Shown here piece after piece: positions 18,676-27,733 of a DNA stretch of 64,000 nucleotides. The notes beneath the pieces are model-generated. The model did not search any database and had not been told where the DNA came from. It worked only from the letters and a program-made list of their open reading frames with translations. The position numbers were made by a program, and so were the translations under genes. Every line of letters begins with the position of its first letter. Within the stretch, counting starts at the first letter, position 1. The DNA comes from Bdellovibrionales bacterium (GTDB taxonomy: Bacteria > Bdellovibrionota > Bdellovibrionia > Bdellovibrionales > JAGQZY01), in assembly GCA_031426555.1 (NCBI GenBank), contig JANPLN010000067.1:13369-77368 (forward strand). The letters are read 5' to 3'.

Positions 18676-20700
18676 GTGGTCCAAATACTTGCGCTTTTTT
18701 CCCTCATCTGCACAACCTCCTTCGCTACGGAAACTTCGAGCGAGGTGGATACTGCAAAAGTGATTCAAGAAAAGCTGCACGCCAAGGAAGACTCAAGCCA
18801 ATTAGACAAAACATCGGGCAAGGAAGCGTTCCCAGAAAAGCTAGTAGCTCTCGACAAGAAAGCTTCTTCCAAAGAAAGAAACTTCGCCGACGCTGCCAAA
18901 GAACCAACCCCCATCGAGCACTCCAAAGAACTCCCTCGTCAGTACATCACCGACTCTCCGTGGGTTGAGGAGTTTTCCGATCGCACAACCCATGCGCCGT
19001 TTCAAAAGCTCACGCCGCAGCCGTTGCAAATCACCTCTCCCAATTTCGAAAATTTATTTCAAGGATCCACCGCTGTGCAAGCCCGCACCCAGGGTTCGCC
19101 CGCCACCTCCATTCGCGGTTCTTCGCAAGCCGCTCGCGTGCTGTATTTGCTCAATAACATTCCACTCAATTTTCTCGACGGCTTTGGCGGCTCGTCGCAG
19201 TTTGTGCCCACCGAGATTCTTCGTCAGATTAATATTTTCGAGGGTCCAACCTCTGCACTCTATGGTGCGAACGCACTGGGGGGCTCCATTCACTTCGTCG
19301 CCGATCAGCGAAAGCACTCTCTCGTAAGAATTGGCCTCAGCGACACCGACACCAGCTACGCAGAAGGCGGCCCAGTGTCGACATCCAACATCGCCCTCGT
19401 CACACCACTAATATCGTCCGAAAAAGATCACATACAGTTCAGCGCCTTTGCCGAACACGACCGCGGGGACTTCCCGTACACCACCGGATCGGGAGCAAAA
19501 AATCGACGAGCGCAAAACGACCAGCAAATTCAACGATTCACTCTCCTTGGCAACCATCGACGCGAGCGCTGGAAGTGGTCCCATCTCCTGTTGTATTCTG
19601 ATCTACGGAAAACCTCTCCGGGCTCGCTCATTTTGCCCCTAAAAACCGATCAAAAATCAAAAGCTCTCTTGGCAGGAGTCACTTCTGAATATAAACCTTC
19701 CTCCGAGTCCCTTTTGATCTCGCGCCTAAGTTATGCTGGCCTCCATTCGGATTTTCTCGACACAACCACCTCAACATCCAACTCCGACAAACTCTGGCTC
19801 AGCCAAGCCTATTCCTGGCAGATTTTTTCGGGCGTGCTTTCGCAAACGGTTTTTGATTTTAATCACAACCTCTACAAAGCCACTTTTGCTCGCAACGAAC
19901 GCTTTGAACGCACGGAGCCCGAACTCGCTCAGTCTTTTACCATTCCAGTTTTTAAATCCGCCTTCTTAGAACCCTCTGTTCGACATCTCTTTCGCTACAA
20001 AGAAACTTTATTTCAACTCAATGCCCCCGTACACTTTGAGCATGGACGCGTTTGGTTTTTGTACTCCGAAGGATTTCGTCCCCCGTCTCTTACCGATCTC
20101 TATGCCCAAACCAGTTACTTCGTAGGGAACCCAAATTTAAAACCAGAATACTCCCAGCAGTACGAGGTGGGCCAGGCCTGGACTGTGGAGGCCCTCGAAG
20201 TTTCTTCGTCGTTGTTTCTTTTGAAATACAAAAATCTTTTGCAAGGTTCTGTTTTACCAACCAGCGAATTTACAAAAATTAATGTGGGCCAAGCGCAAAC
20301 CTACGGGATGAGTGCAAAGGTGCAAATCATTCAACCTCAATGGAGCACCAACCTCAGCCACACCTACATGTTGGCCCGGGAGCTTCCATCGCGGACTCCA
20401 TTAAGGTTTTCGCCGGAGCATCAGACTTTTTTTAGCTTTAATTATTTACTCAACTCGAAGCGTTCACTCACTGTGCAGCAAACGTTGTGGAGTTCGATCT
20501 GGGATTTGGATTTTATTAACAACCGCAACACGCGCTTGCCGGCGTGGTCGAGCACAGACATTTTGCTTTCGCAAAAAATCAACAAGCTCTCTTCGTTACA
20601 ACTGGGAATTTACAATTTGTTTAACCAAAGACGAGAAATGACGTTTGGCTATCCAGAACCACAGCGACGTGCGGCTCTGGCGTTAGAAGTGACTTTTTAA
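18676..20700 (+). CDS. TonB-dependent receptor
   Basis: Plug motifs SIRGS, LLNNIPLN, EGPTSALYGANALGG; GNPNLKPEYS; C-terminal LEVTF. GTG 18676 gives a clean signal peptide. Confidence 0.9.
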   Translation: MVQILALFSLICTTSFATETSSEVDTAKVIQEKLHAKEDSSQLDKTSGKEAFPEKLVALDKKASSKERNFADAAKEPTPIEHSKELPRQYITDSPWVEEFSDRTTHAPFQKLTPQPLQITSPNFENLFQGSTAVQARTQGSPATSIRGSSQAARVLYLLNNIPLNFLDGFGGSSQFVPTEILRQINIFEGPTSALYGANALGGSIHFVADQRKHSLVRIGLSDTDTSYAEGGPVSTSNIALVTPLISSEKDHIQFSAFAEHDRGDFPYTTGSGAKNRRAQNDQQIQRFTLLGNHRRERWKWSHLLLYSDLRKTSPGSLILPLKTDQKSKALLAGVTSEYKPSSESLLISRLSYAGLHSDFLDTTTSTSNSDKLWLSQAYSWQIFSGVLSQTVFDFNHNLYKATFARNERFERTEPELAQSFTIPVFKSAFLEPSVRHLFRYKETLFQLNAPVHFEHGRVWFLYSEGFRPPSLTDLYAQTSYFVGNPNLKPEYSQQYEVGQAWTVEALEVSSSLFLLKYKNLLQGSVLPTSEFTKINVGQAQTYGMSAKVQIIQPQWSTNLSHTYMLARELPSRTPLRFSPEHQTFFSFNYLLNSKRSLTVQQTLWSSIWDLDFINNRNTRLPAWSSTDILLSQKINKLSSLQLGIYNLFNQRREMTFGYPEPQRRAALALEVTF

Positions 20701-20705
20701 AGGGA

Positions 20706-20837
20706 CTACTGATCGCCGAAAAGTTCGGCTTCCGACTCAGTCGTACCTTGATTGCGGTTCTTCGCTTTGCGCTTTTTGCCTTTTGTAGACAGTTTTTTGT
20801 TGCGGATTTTTTTAGTTCTATGTGTCGCCGAAGCCAT
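20706..20837 (-). CDS. Small basic protein, 43 aa (not in ORF track)
   Basis: AGGAG SD then ATG; MASATHRTKKIRNKKLSTKGKKRKAKNRNQGTTESEAELFGDQ; fills the intergenic gap. Confidence 0.75.
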   Translation of the reverse strand: MASATHRTKKIRNKKLSTKGKKRKAKNRNQGTTESEAELFGDQ

Positions 20838-20868
20838 TACAATCTCCTATGTGTGATGCAATGAGCTA

Positions 20869-21702
20869 TCAAAAGTCGAACCACATGTCAACCGAGTGAG
20901 CATCCCCTAAGCCTTTTCTATCTTCTTTCTGAAAGGCATAGGCCACCTTTAACCGCGGTCCGTCCCAGCCGACCCCAAAACTCAAGCGATTTTCGCCCAA
21001 ACGGTCGTCTTGGCTAAAACCGGCGCGCAGTGCGAGCATATTCTCGTAGCGCACCTCGCCACCAACTTGGTGTCGAAAGCGCTTATCGCCGTTTTGTTCC
21101 AAAAAATAATTCATATCGTAGCGAAGCTTAAACATATCAAAAAATCGATATTCGGCCCCACTGCCCGCCATTGGTATCACCTGCGAAAGCGGCCACACCG
21201 TGGTGTCAGAGCCCATAACCCCACGAAATACGGCGCCAACTGTGAGATTGGGATGGGCCGCCCAATAGGTTCCGAGATCGGCATTGTATTGGTTGTAATC
21301 GGCCCCACTCATTAAATTTGTTTTAATTTTATAACCCGAAATACCTGCAGAAAGTTTTTGTGTGAGCGCAGCAGCTCCAGAAATCTGCAGATGCTGTTCG
21401 CGAATTTTTTGATCGAGAATTTTATTAGTGCGTTGACGATAAAAAACTGTTCCAGGAAAAACCGTCATCTCCCCGGCATCCGTGAAAAAAAATGAATACT
21501 GTTTTTGCTCGATGTTCGGCCCTGGATCGGTCTGGCTTTGTTGCAGTCCAAAATGTTTTGTTTTGAATTCGACGAGAGCCGCAGGATTTAAAATCGCCGA
21601 TTCGTAGGGATGGGGACCGCCGATTCCCGCGCCCCCCATGGCATCAGCGACCGATCCGACTTGTGCCGAAGAAAAAAAGATCAGAATGGAAAACAGAATC
21701 AT
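20869..21702 (-). CDS. Putative outer-membrane beta-barrel (FadL/PorV-like N-terminus)
   Basis: AMGGAG...NPAAL hatch-like motif, alternating beta strands, C-terminal DMWFDF. Confidence 0.7.
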   Translation of the reverse strand: MILFSILIFFSSAQVGSVADAMGGAGIGGPHPYESAILNPAALVEFKTKHFGLQQSQTDPGPNIEQKQYSFFFTDAGEMTVFPGTVFYRQRTNKILDQKIREQHLQISGAAALTQKLSAGISGYKIKTNLMSGADYNQYNADLGTYWAAHPNLTVGAVFRGVMGSDTTVWPLSQVIPMAGSGAEYRFFDMFKLRYDMNYFLEQNGDKRFRHQVGGEVRYENMLALRAGFSQDDRLGENRLSFGVGWDGPRLKVAYAFQKEDRKGLGDAHSVDMWFDF

Positions 21703-21704
21703 AC

Positions 21705-23000
21705 TTAAGGTTTAAGGCAGATACTCACAAAATGCAAGCACGCAGCATTGATCGCTGGATCGCATGAGTTGGTACTTCTTGATTGGGTAAAATCATAAAC
21801 TGGCGGGCGAGACACCGTTGGAGTTTGCGAATCATCCACTCCGTAACAACTGCCTTTGGTATAAAATTTTGGAACCGCACAACGACGAGCCCAATTGATT
21901 TTCCAATGGGAAACTGGCAGCGAACGGCGAGCAATCTGAAAGTTTGCTAAATCAGTCGCATTTGTCGGATCAGCTGCATCGGGACAAAGTCTGCGCGCTG
22001 ACGGAAAGGGATATGGATCGTTAAAGTCTTTATCCGCGGGTGCTACGATTCGCAATTGCAGCTCCGACGGACACGACCATGTGGCTTTCAGCTGTTGTGG
22101 AGATGAAAGATCGTATTCGTAAACAGTGGCAAGCACACGCTTCGGTAAGTTGGGATGAGGTGTGTTGTTAAGCCCCGAGACGGTGTAGCCCCAGTTAGCA
22201 GGGTTTGCTACTTTAAACGACACTTTCAATCCCACACCGTACGCTTCGTTCGACGGAGCGATGTCGTCATCAGCGTCATCATTTCGTCCATCACCATCGT
22301 CGTCTTGGTTCGTGGAATACGACGAGCGGGTCAACAACATTCCCGGATCCAAAGGAGTGGAGTACCCCAATGTGATTAACCCGCCATTTTTTTCTAAAAA
22401 GTCGCGCATTTGCTGAGCGGCAGTCTCGGCCGCATCGAAGACCATCGTGCCCTGCATATAGGCATCTTTTTCAATCCCACCGGGCGCCCAATAGTTCATA
22501 TATTCGTCGGTGTCGAGTTCGAGGAGAGAGGCCGACATAGCGCTCGAGCCAAGGTCGCCAAACACGAAATCGTAATCCAGCCCTTCGATGCCGAGAGTGC
22601 TGCCGGCATTCATGTAGGTCGTGCCGAGGTCTGACTGCTGGCGAACCGAAAACATTAATCGCTTATTGATACTCACAAATTCTTCGCTCAATTTGAGAGC
22701 GCGTGCTGCGCTGGAATCGCGGCGAGTTTCGTATAAAAAGTCGTCGCTCAAACGAAGCCCAGCTGCAGATCCGTAAGCACCGACCCGCAAACTAAAATAC
22801 ACATCCGGTTCGTTGGGAACTCCGGTTTGCTCTGAGCATGACATGTAGGCAATTTGGTCAACCGAAGTTTCGTAAGGAAGTTTGTAAGCTTGTTTTACAT
22901 CAAACATACTTTGCTGCGGTTCAACACCGCAGTTTTGATAGGAAAAAAGCACAACACCCGTGATTAGTATAATCATCACAATGGATTTTACTCGATTCAC
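21705..23000 (-). CDS. Lipoprotein (YQNC lipobox), Cys-rich, acidic Ca-binding-like loop
   Basis: GAGGGG SD plus GTG at 23000; VVLFSYQN|C; DDDGDGRNDDADDD. Confidence 0.8.
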   Translation of the reverse strand: MNRVKSIVMIILITGVVLFSYQNCGVEPQQSMFDVKQAYKLPYETSVDQIAYMSCSEQTGVPNEPDVYFSLRVGAYGSAAGLRLSDDFLYETRRDSSAARALKLSEEFVSINKRLMFSVRQQSDLGTTYMNAGSTLGIEGLDYDFVFGDLGSSAMSASLLELDTDEYMNYWAPGGIEKDAYMQGTMVFDAAETAAQQMRDFLEKNGGLITLGYSTPLDPGMLLTRSSYSTNQDDDGDGRNDDADDDIAPSNEAYGVGLKVSFKVANPANWGYTVSGLNNTPHPNLPKRVLATVYEYDLSSPQQLKATWSCPSELQLRIVAPADKDFNDPYPFPSARRLCPDAADPTNATDLANFQIARRSLPVSHWKINWARRCAVPKFYTKGSCYGVDDSQTPTVSRPPVYDFTQSRSTNSCDPAINAACLHFVSICLKP

Positions 23001-23091
23001 AGTTCCCCTCAAAAGTCCCCCGACAGATAACGCACAGTTAAGTCCAGGATAGCCGGAATCATTGCTTTGTGCATTAGTTATAGCTTCGACT

Positions 23092-23106
23092 GACTCATTT
23101 TGATAC
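23092..23106. promoter_or_regulatory. Palindromic operator copy
   Basis: GACTCattttGATAC; 23089-23106 matches 9883-9900 at 17 of 18 bases. Confidence 0.55.
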
Positions 23107-23155
23107 CTTTGTACCTCTACTTTTAGACTGTATGATTTAGAATACAAGGAGTCCA

Positions 23156-24040
23156 ATGAAGCGTGTCCGCAAAGCTATTATACCAACCGCCGGTTTAGGC
23201 ACTCGTTTCCTGCCCATCACGAATTCGGTTCCCAAAGAAATGCTTCCCATCGTCGATGAACCTCTTTTATTGCACGTCGTTCGCGAAGTGGCTTTGGCCG
23301 GCATCGAAGACGTGATTTTAATTTCCGGTCGTCGCAAAAACGCCATCGAAGATTTTTTTGATCGTCATGTGGAGCTCGAAGAAACTCTCGCCCGCACTGG
23401 CAAACACGATTTGCTTAAGCAGCTCAACGACATTCGTAATATGGTCAACATTATTAGTATCCGGCAAAAACAAGCCCTCGGATTGGGGCACGCCGTGCAT
23501 GTGGGTCGCCCCATCGTTGGCGACGAACCCTTTGCTGTTTTGCTCGGCGACGAAATCATGATTCCGACCACTCCCGAAACTCCCTCGGTGATTAAACAGC
23601 TGGCCAATACTTTCGATGAAACTGGTCTGTCCACTGTCGCGATCATGGAAGTTCCCCCACACGACGTCACTAAATACGGCATCATCAGCGGCAAACAAGA
23701 AAAAGATTGGATTCGCGTGGATAACGTTGTGGAAAAACCCGCCATTGATAAAGCTCCAAGCTGTTGGGCTTTACCGGGCCGCTATATCTTTACGGCCGAT
23801 ATTTTTTCGCACCTCGAAAATCTTGCTCCGGGAAAAAATGGCGAAGTTCAACTCACAGATGCCATGTGCAAACTGGCGCAAAAAGAAGGACTTCTCGCCC
23901 GCTTTTTCGATGGCATTCGCTATGATGCCGGCGACAAATTGGGCTACGTCATCGCCAACATTGAAATGGGTCTTAAGCATCCGCAAATCGGTGCTGACCT
24001 CAAAAAATATCTTCAACAACTCACTGGGAGTTTAAAATGA
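23156..24040 (+). CDS. galU: UTP--glucose-1-phosphate uridylyltransferase
   Basis: KAIIPTAGLGTRFLP, PKEMLP, LGLGHAV, EVQLTDA, RYDAGDK. Confidence 0.97.
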   Translation: MKRVRKAIIPTAGLGTRFLPITNSVPKEMLPIVDEPLLLHVVREVALAGIEDVILISGRRKNAIEDFFDRHVELEETLARTGKHDLLKQLNDIRNMVNIISIRQKQALGLGHAVHVGRPIVGDEPFAVLLGDEIMIPTTPETPSVIKQLANTFDETGLSTVAIMEVPPHDVTKYGIISGKQEKDWIRVDNVVEKPAIDKAPSCWALPGRYIFTADIFSHLENLAPGKNGEVQLTDAMCKLAQKEGLLARFFDGIRYDAGDKLGYVIANIEMGLKHPQIGADLKKYLQQLTGSLK

Positions 24041-24831
24041 TGCCATCGTTTTTATTGATTCTTTGCCTTGGATTTTCGGCCAACGCTTTCGTTCCAAAAC
24101 TCAGTACGGTTTTAGGAAAAATGGTAAGTACAACGGGCGGAACAAAAGGTTTTATTTTAAAGCGCACCGTGACCTTAAAAGATGACAGCGCTGTGGCCAA
24201 CGAAACCTGGTACATCGGTCATGCCGATTCCATGAAAGTGGATGTGGACGGAACGAATGCGGATGGCACGCCATTTAAATTCGAAATTCTTTACAAGGGC
24301 GGCAAGCGCATGACAACCTCGGTGGAAGGGAAAACTCAAAGCTTTCCGCTGAGCCCTGAGTTTTATGAGCCACTGTTGCATTACCGAAGTTCGCGCGCTT
24401 TGCAAAGCCGGCTGCTCGCGATGCAATTGATTCCCAATAACAACTCGGCAGAAAGCGCGTCGACTGCTTTTATGAATCTGGATCGCTACAAAGGAGCCGT
24501 CGCTTATGTGCTCGGCGCCCAGGATTCGAAGAATACTCTGCAACCCCCTCGGTTATGGGTGGAGCAAGATAGTTTTTTAATTCGTAAGCTGCGCATGGGC
24601 TCACAAATCGAAGTTGAATTTGACGCCTTTAAAGATTTCGAAGAGGGAAAAATTAAAGAGGCCGAATTGCAAACTCTTTTCTGGAAAAGCTCGACGGTGA
24701 TTATCCAAAACACTTCGACCCAGCTTGTGGAGTCAAAGAAGCTTGAAAGTTTTTTAAAGATTCAAAAAGAAGCAAAAGCGACACTGCCGCAAAATGCCAA
24801 CCTTAAAGAGTTCTACTCACGTTTTCGATAG
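24037..24831 (+). CDS. Secreted hypothetical protein, possibly LolA-like fold
   Basis: Signal peptide ending ANA; RLWVEQDSFLIRKL resembles LolA-family strand motifs. Confidence 0.65.
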   Translation: MMPSFLLILCLGFSANAFVPKLSTVLGKMVSTTGGTKGFILKRTVTLKDDSAVANETWYIGHADSMKVDVDGTNADGTPFKFEILYKGGKRMTTSVEGKTQSFPLSPEFYEPLLHYRSSRALQSRLLAMQLIPNNNSAESASTAFMNLDRYKGAVAYVLGAQDSKNTLQPPRLWVEQDSFLIRKLRMGSQIEVEFDAFKDFEEGKIKEAELQTLFWKSSTVIIQNTSTQLVESKKLESFLKIQKEAKATLPQNANLKEFYSRFR

Positions 24832-24839
24832 GACCTCCG

Positions 24840-26840
24840 TTGATAGAATCTTCTCCTTTATTGTGGAAAGTCGCTGTGGATGCACCTCTGCCGCAGCTTC
24901 TCACGTATTCTTCGGACCTTGCGCTCTCTGCCGGTCAGCTGGTGGAAGTGCCGCTGGGAAAGCGCTCGACCCGTGGTCTTATCGTGCGCAAAGAAGACGT
25001 GGCCAGCGACAAATTTAAAATTAAATCTGTTTTATCATTGCTCGCAGAGTTTCCGCAATTAACCAAGGGCCAATTGGATTGGGCTCTTTGGGTCGCACAG
25101 TATTATCACTATCCGCCGGGCGAAGTGTTTTCGCTTTTTTTTCCTCAGCTTGCCAAAAAAGGCAGAGGTCCCGCAGATAAAAGCCTTTTCTCCGATACGA
25201 TGTCCGACAATCAGGTCACGTTGAACGCCGAACAGCAAAAAATTGTAAATGATGTGGCTGGATTTAGCGGCTTCTCGTCGCATCTTCTTTGGGGCGTCAC
25301 TGGCTCGGGCAAAACCGAAGTTTACATCGAGCTCATCAAAAAACAACTGGAGCAAGGCCGAAGTGCTATGGTGCTTGTGCCCGAAATCGCCCTCACTCCA
25401 CAACTTATCTCGCGCTTTCGCCAGCGCCTGGGCGAAAATATCGCTGTTCTGCATTCCAACCTCACCGATCGCGAGCGCACCAATCAGTGGTGGAGCGTGA
25501 TCGAAAAGAAAAACCGTGTTCTTATCGGCGTGCGCTCTGCACTGTTCTGTCCCGTGCCCGATTTGGGTTTGATCGTCGTCGATGAAGAGCACGAAGGTTC
25601 TTACAAACAAGACGAAAAACTTCGCTACAATGCACGAGACTCGGCAGTGATGCGAGCGCTCCACGAAAAGATTCCCGTGATTCTGGGCACAGCAACTCCC
25701 AGCGCCGAGAGTTGGAAAAACGTTCTCGATAAAAAATACCACCTTCATGAACTCAAGCAGCGCGCCTCAAAGATGCAAATTCCGCGAATGGAAATCATCG
25801 ATCTGCAAACCAATAAAGATGATGCCACGCGGGATCCGCTTCTTCCCTACTGGCTATCCACTCCGCTTTACGAAGCCCTCGCCGAAAATTATAAAACCGG
25901 TTTCCAGTCGGCTCTGTTTTTAAATCGACGAGGCATCGCGCAAACTGTTTTATGCAATGATTGCGGGTTTATTTACAAATGTCCAAATTGCGAAATTTCC
26001 CTTACCTTGCACGGCCAAAATCATCTTGTCTGTCACTACTGCGACTACTCACAAGCCATGGCCTACAAATGCCCTGACTGCAAAGTCGGAACAATTAAAC
26101 CCATTGGCCTGGGCACAGAGCAAATTCAAAATGATGTGCAAAAATTGTTTCCGCAGGCAAACGTCATGCGCGTTGATCGCGACGAAATCGATTCGCGAGA
26201 GAGAATGGAAGATTTTGTCGCCAAGATGGAATCGAAAGAGGTGCAAATCCTCGTCGGCACACAAATGATTGCCAAGGGCTTGGATTTTGAAAATCTCACC
26301 CTCGTTGGAGTTGTGCTCGCAGATATTGGTTTTCATATTCCCGATTTCCGCGCCTCCGAACGAAGTTTTCAATTGCTCACACAAGTGAGTGGGCGTTCAG
26401 GTCGACACCACCCTGGTGCCGTTTTTGTGCAAACCTACAGACCCGATCATCCAAGTTTGATCCATGCACAAAAACAGGATGTGGCAGGATTTTTAAATGC
26501 GGCTCTTGAGGAGCGCAGAGAATTATCATACCCACCGTATTTTCGTATGGCCTGCCTCAAAATTTCCGGACTCGACGAAAAAGAAGTCCGTGGACAGGCG
26601 CAAAATCTATCTTTAAAAATTAAATCCTATGCAGCAACCCTCAACCCCGAAGTCAAAGTCTTAGGACCAGCTCCCGCGCCTTTATTTAAGTTGCGCCAGC
26701 GCTATCGTTTTCAAATTCTATTGAAATCTGCTTCGTTGCAATCGCTCGATAGAGCTTTGCAGTATGTCAGTCATCTGAGTGGTGATGAGTTCAAAAAATT
26801 GCGAATTCAAATTGATATGGACCCTTACAATTTAATGTAG
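24840..26840 (+). CDS. priA: Primosomal protein N' helicase
   Basis: GVTGSGKTEVY, PEIALT, DEEH, Zn-binding CxxC clusters, GTQMIAKGLDF. Confidence 0.97.
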   Translation: MIESSPLLWKVAVDAPLPQLLTYSSDLALSAGQLVEVPLGKRSTRGLIVRKEDVASDKFKIKSVLSLLAEFPQLTKGQLDWALWVAQYYHYPPGEVFSLFFPQLAKKGRGPADKSLFSDTMSDNQVTLNAEQQKIVNDVAGFSGFSSHLLWGVTGSGKTEVYIELIKKQLEQGRSAMVLVPEIALTPQLISRFRQRLGENIAVLHSNLTDRERTNQWWSVIEKKNRVLIGVRSALFCPVPDLGLIVVDEEHEGSYKQDEKLRYNARDSAVMRALHEKIPVILGTATPSAESWKNVLDKKYHLHELKQRASKMQIPRMEIIDLQTNKDDATRDPLLPYWLSTPLYEALAENYKTGFQSALFLNRRGIAQTVLCNDCGFIYKCPNCEISLTLHGQNHLVCHYCDYSQAMAYKCPDCKVGTIKPIGLGTEQIQNDVQKLFPQANVMRVDRDEIDSRERMEDFVAKMESKEVQILVGTQMIAKGLDFENLTLVGVVLADIGFHIPDFRASERSFQLLTQVSGRSGRHHPGAVFVQTYRPDHPSLIHAQKQDVAGFLNAALEERRELSYPPYFRMACLKISGLDEKEVRGQAQNLSLKIKSYAATLNPEVKVLGPAPAPLFKLRQRYRFQILLKSASLQSLDRALQYVSHLSGDEFKKLRIQIDMDPYNLM

Positions 26841-26852
26841 CATGATGGAAGT

Positions 26853-27710
26853 ATGTCGAATTTAGAAGCAGAATCTGGTTGTCCTCAATGCGGTGTTAGC
26901 ACCACGCTTCTTCATCCCATCGAAGAGGGCCTGCGACTGCGCCTCGAAAAAGAAGGAACTCCTATCTTGTTCGCAGCCGTATGCACAAGCTGCTTCAAAA
27001 TTCTGTCCAAAAAGCTCTCAAGTGCAACGCTGATGCAGGCCGAGAGAACAATTCAATCCAACCACAAAAAAAATCTTTGGCAGCATCGACTGGCCCTGAT
27101 TAAACAGGCGCATGTTTTTATTGGTCGAAAAGAACACTCCGAGGCTGCGGTTTGCTTCGAAAAATACTTTAAAATTTTGCAGTTGGTTTACGAGAAAGAT
27201 TTCACTGAACTTGATGCGACGATGTTTGGCGATAACCCTAAGGAAGTCACAGTGATGTGCAGCTCGCTTTGGGCCCTTGTCGAAATTTATGATCTCCACG
27301 CACAGTACAAAGAGCGCCAGGAAGCCTGCGCTAAAAAGGTGGGCGAGCTTATGCCGTACACCAATCTTTTTGCGAATCTTGCAAAGAATGCGGCAATAAA
27401 AGCCCGGCAGGGTAATAATCCGGCGGCCTATCGTAAACTTCTGCAAGCCGCGAATATTAAAACTGGAAACTGTTTTATCGCCTCCATCGCCTTCGAAGAC
27501 CGCAATGACCCCACATTGGTCATACTTCGACAGTTTCGCAGTCAAGTTTTAATACGCACATCGGCAGGCAAAAATTGTGTGCGCGCTTACTACCGCTATT
27601 CACCGGCCCTGGCCAACCGATTGCAACATTTTTCAGCTGTAAAATTAATTCTCCGACGAGTCTTACCGGTCTTAGCTCAAATTTTAAAATATCTTTTCAA
27701 ACTGCACTAA
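26853..27710 (+). CDS. CFI-box-CTERM domain protein with N-terminal CxxC...CxxC and helical core
   Basis: CFIASIAF...LRQFRSQVL...GKNCVRAYYRYSP. Confidence 0.8.
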   Translation: MSNLEAESGCPQCGVSTTLLHPIEEGLRLRLEKEGTPILFAAVCTSCFKILSKKLSSATLMQAERTIQSNHKKNLWQHRLALIKQAHVFIGRKEHSEAAVCFEKYFKILQLVYEKDFTELDATMFGDNPKEVTVMCSSLWALVEIYDLHAQYKERQEACAKKVGELMPYTNLFANLAKNAAIKARQGNNPAAYRKLLQAANIKTGNCFIASIAFEDRNDPTLVILRQFRSQVLIRTSAGKNCVRAYYRYSPALANRLQHFSAVKLILRRVLPVLAQILKYLFKLH

Positions 27711-27733
27711 CTATGGTCTTTTAAAGACAGATT

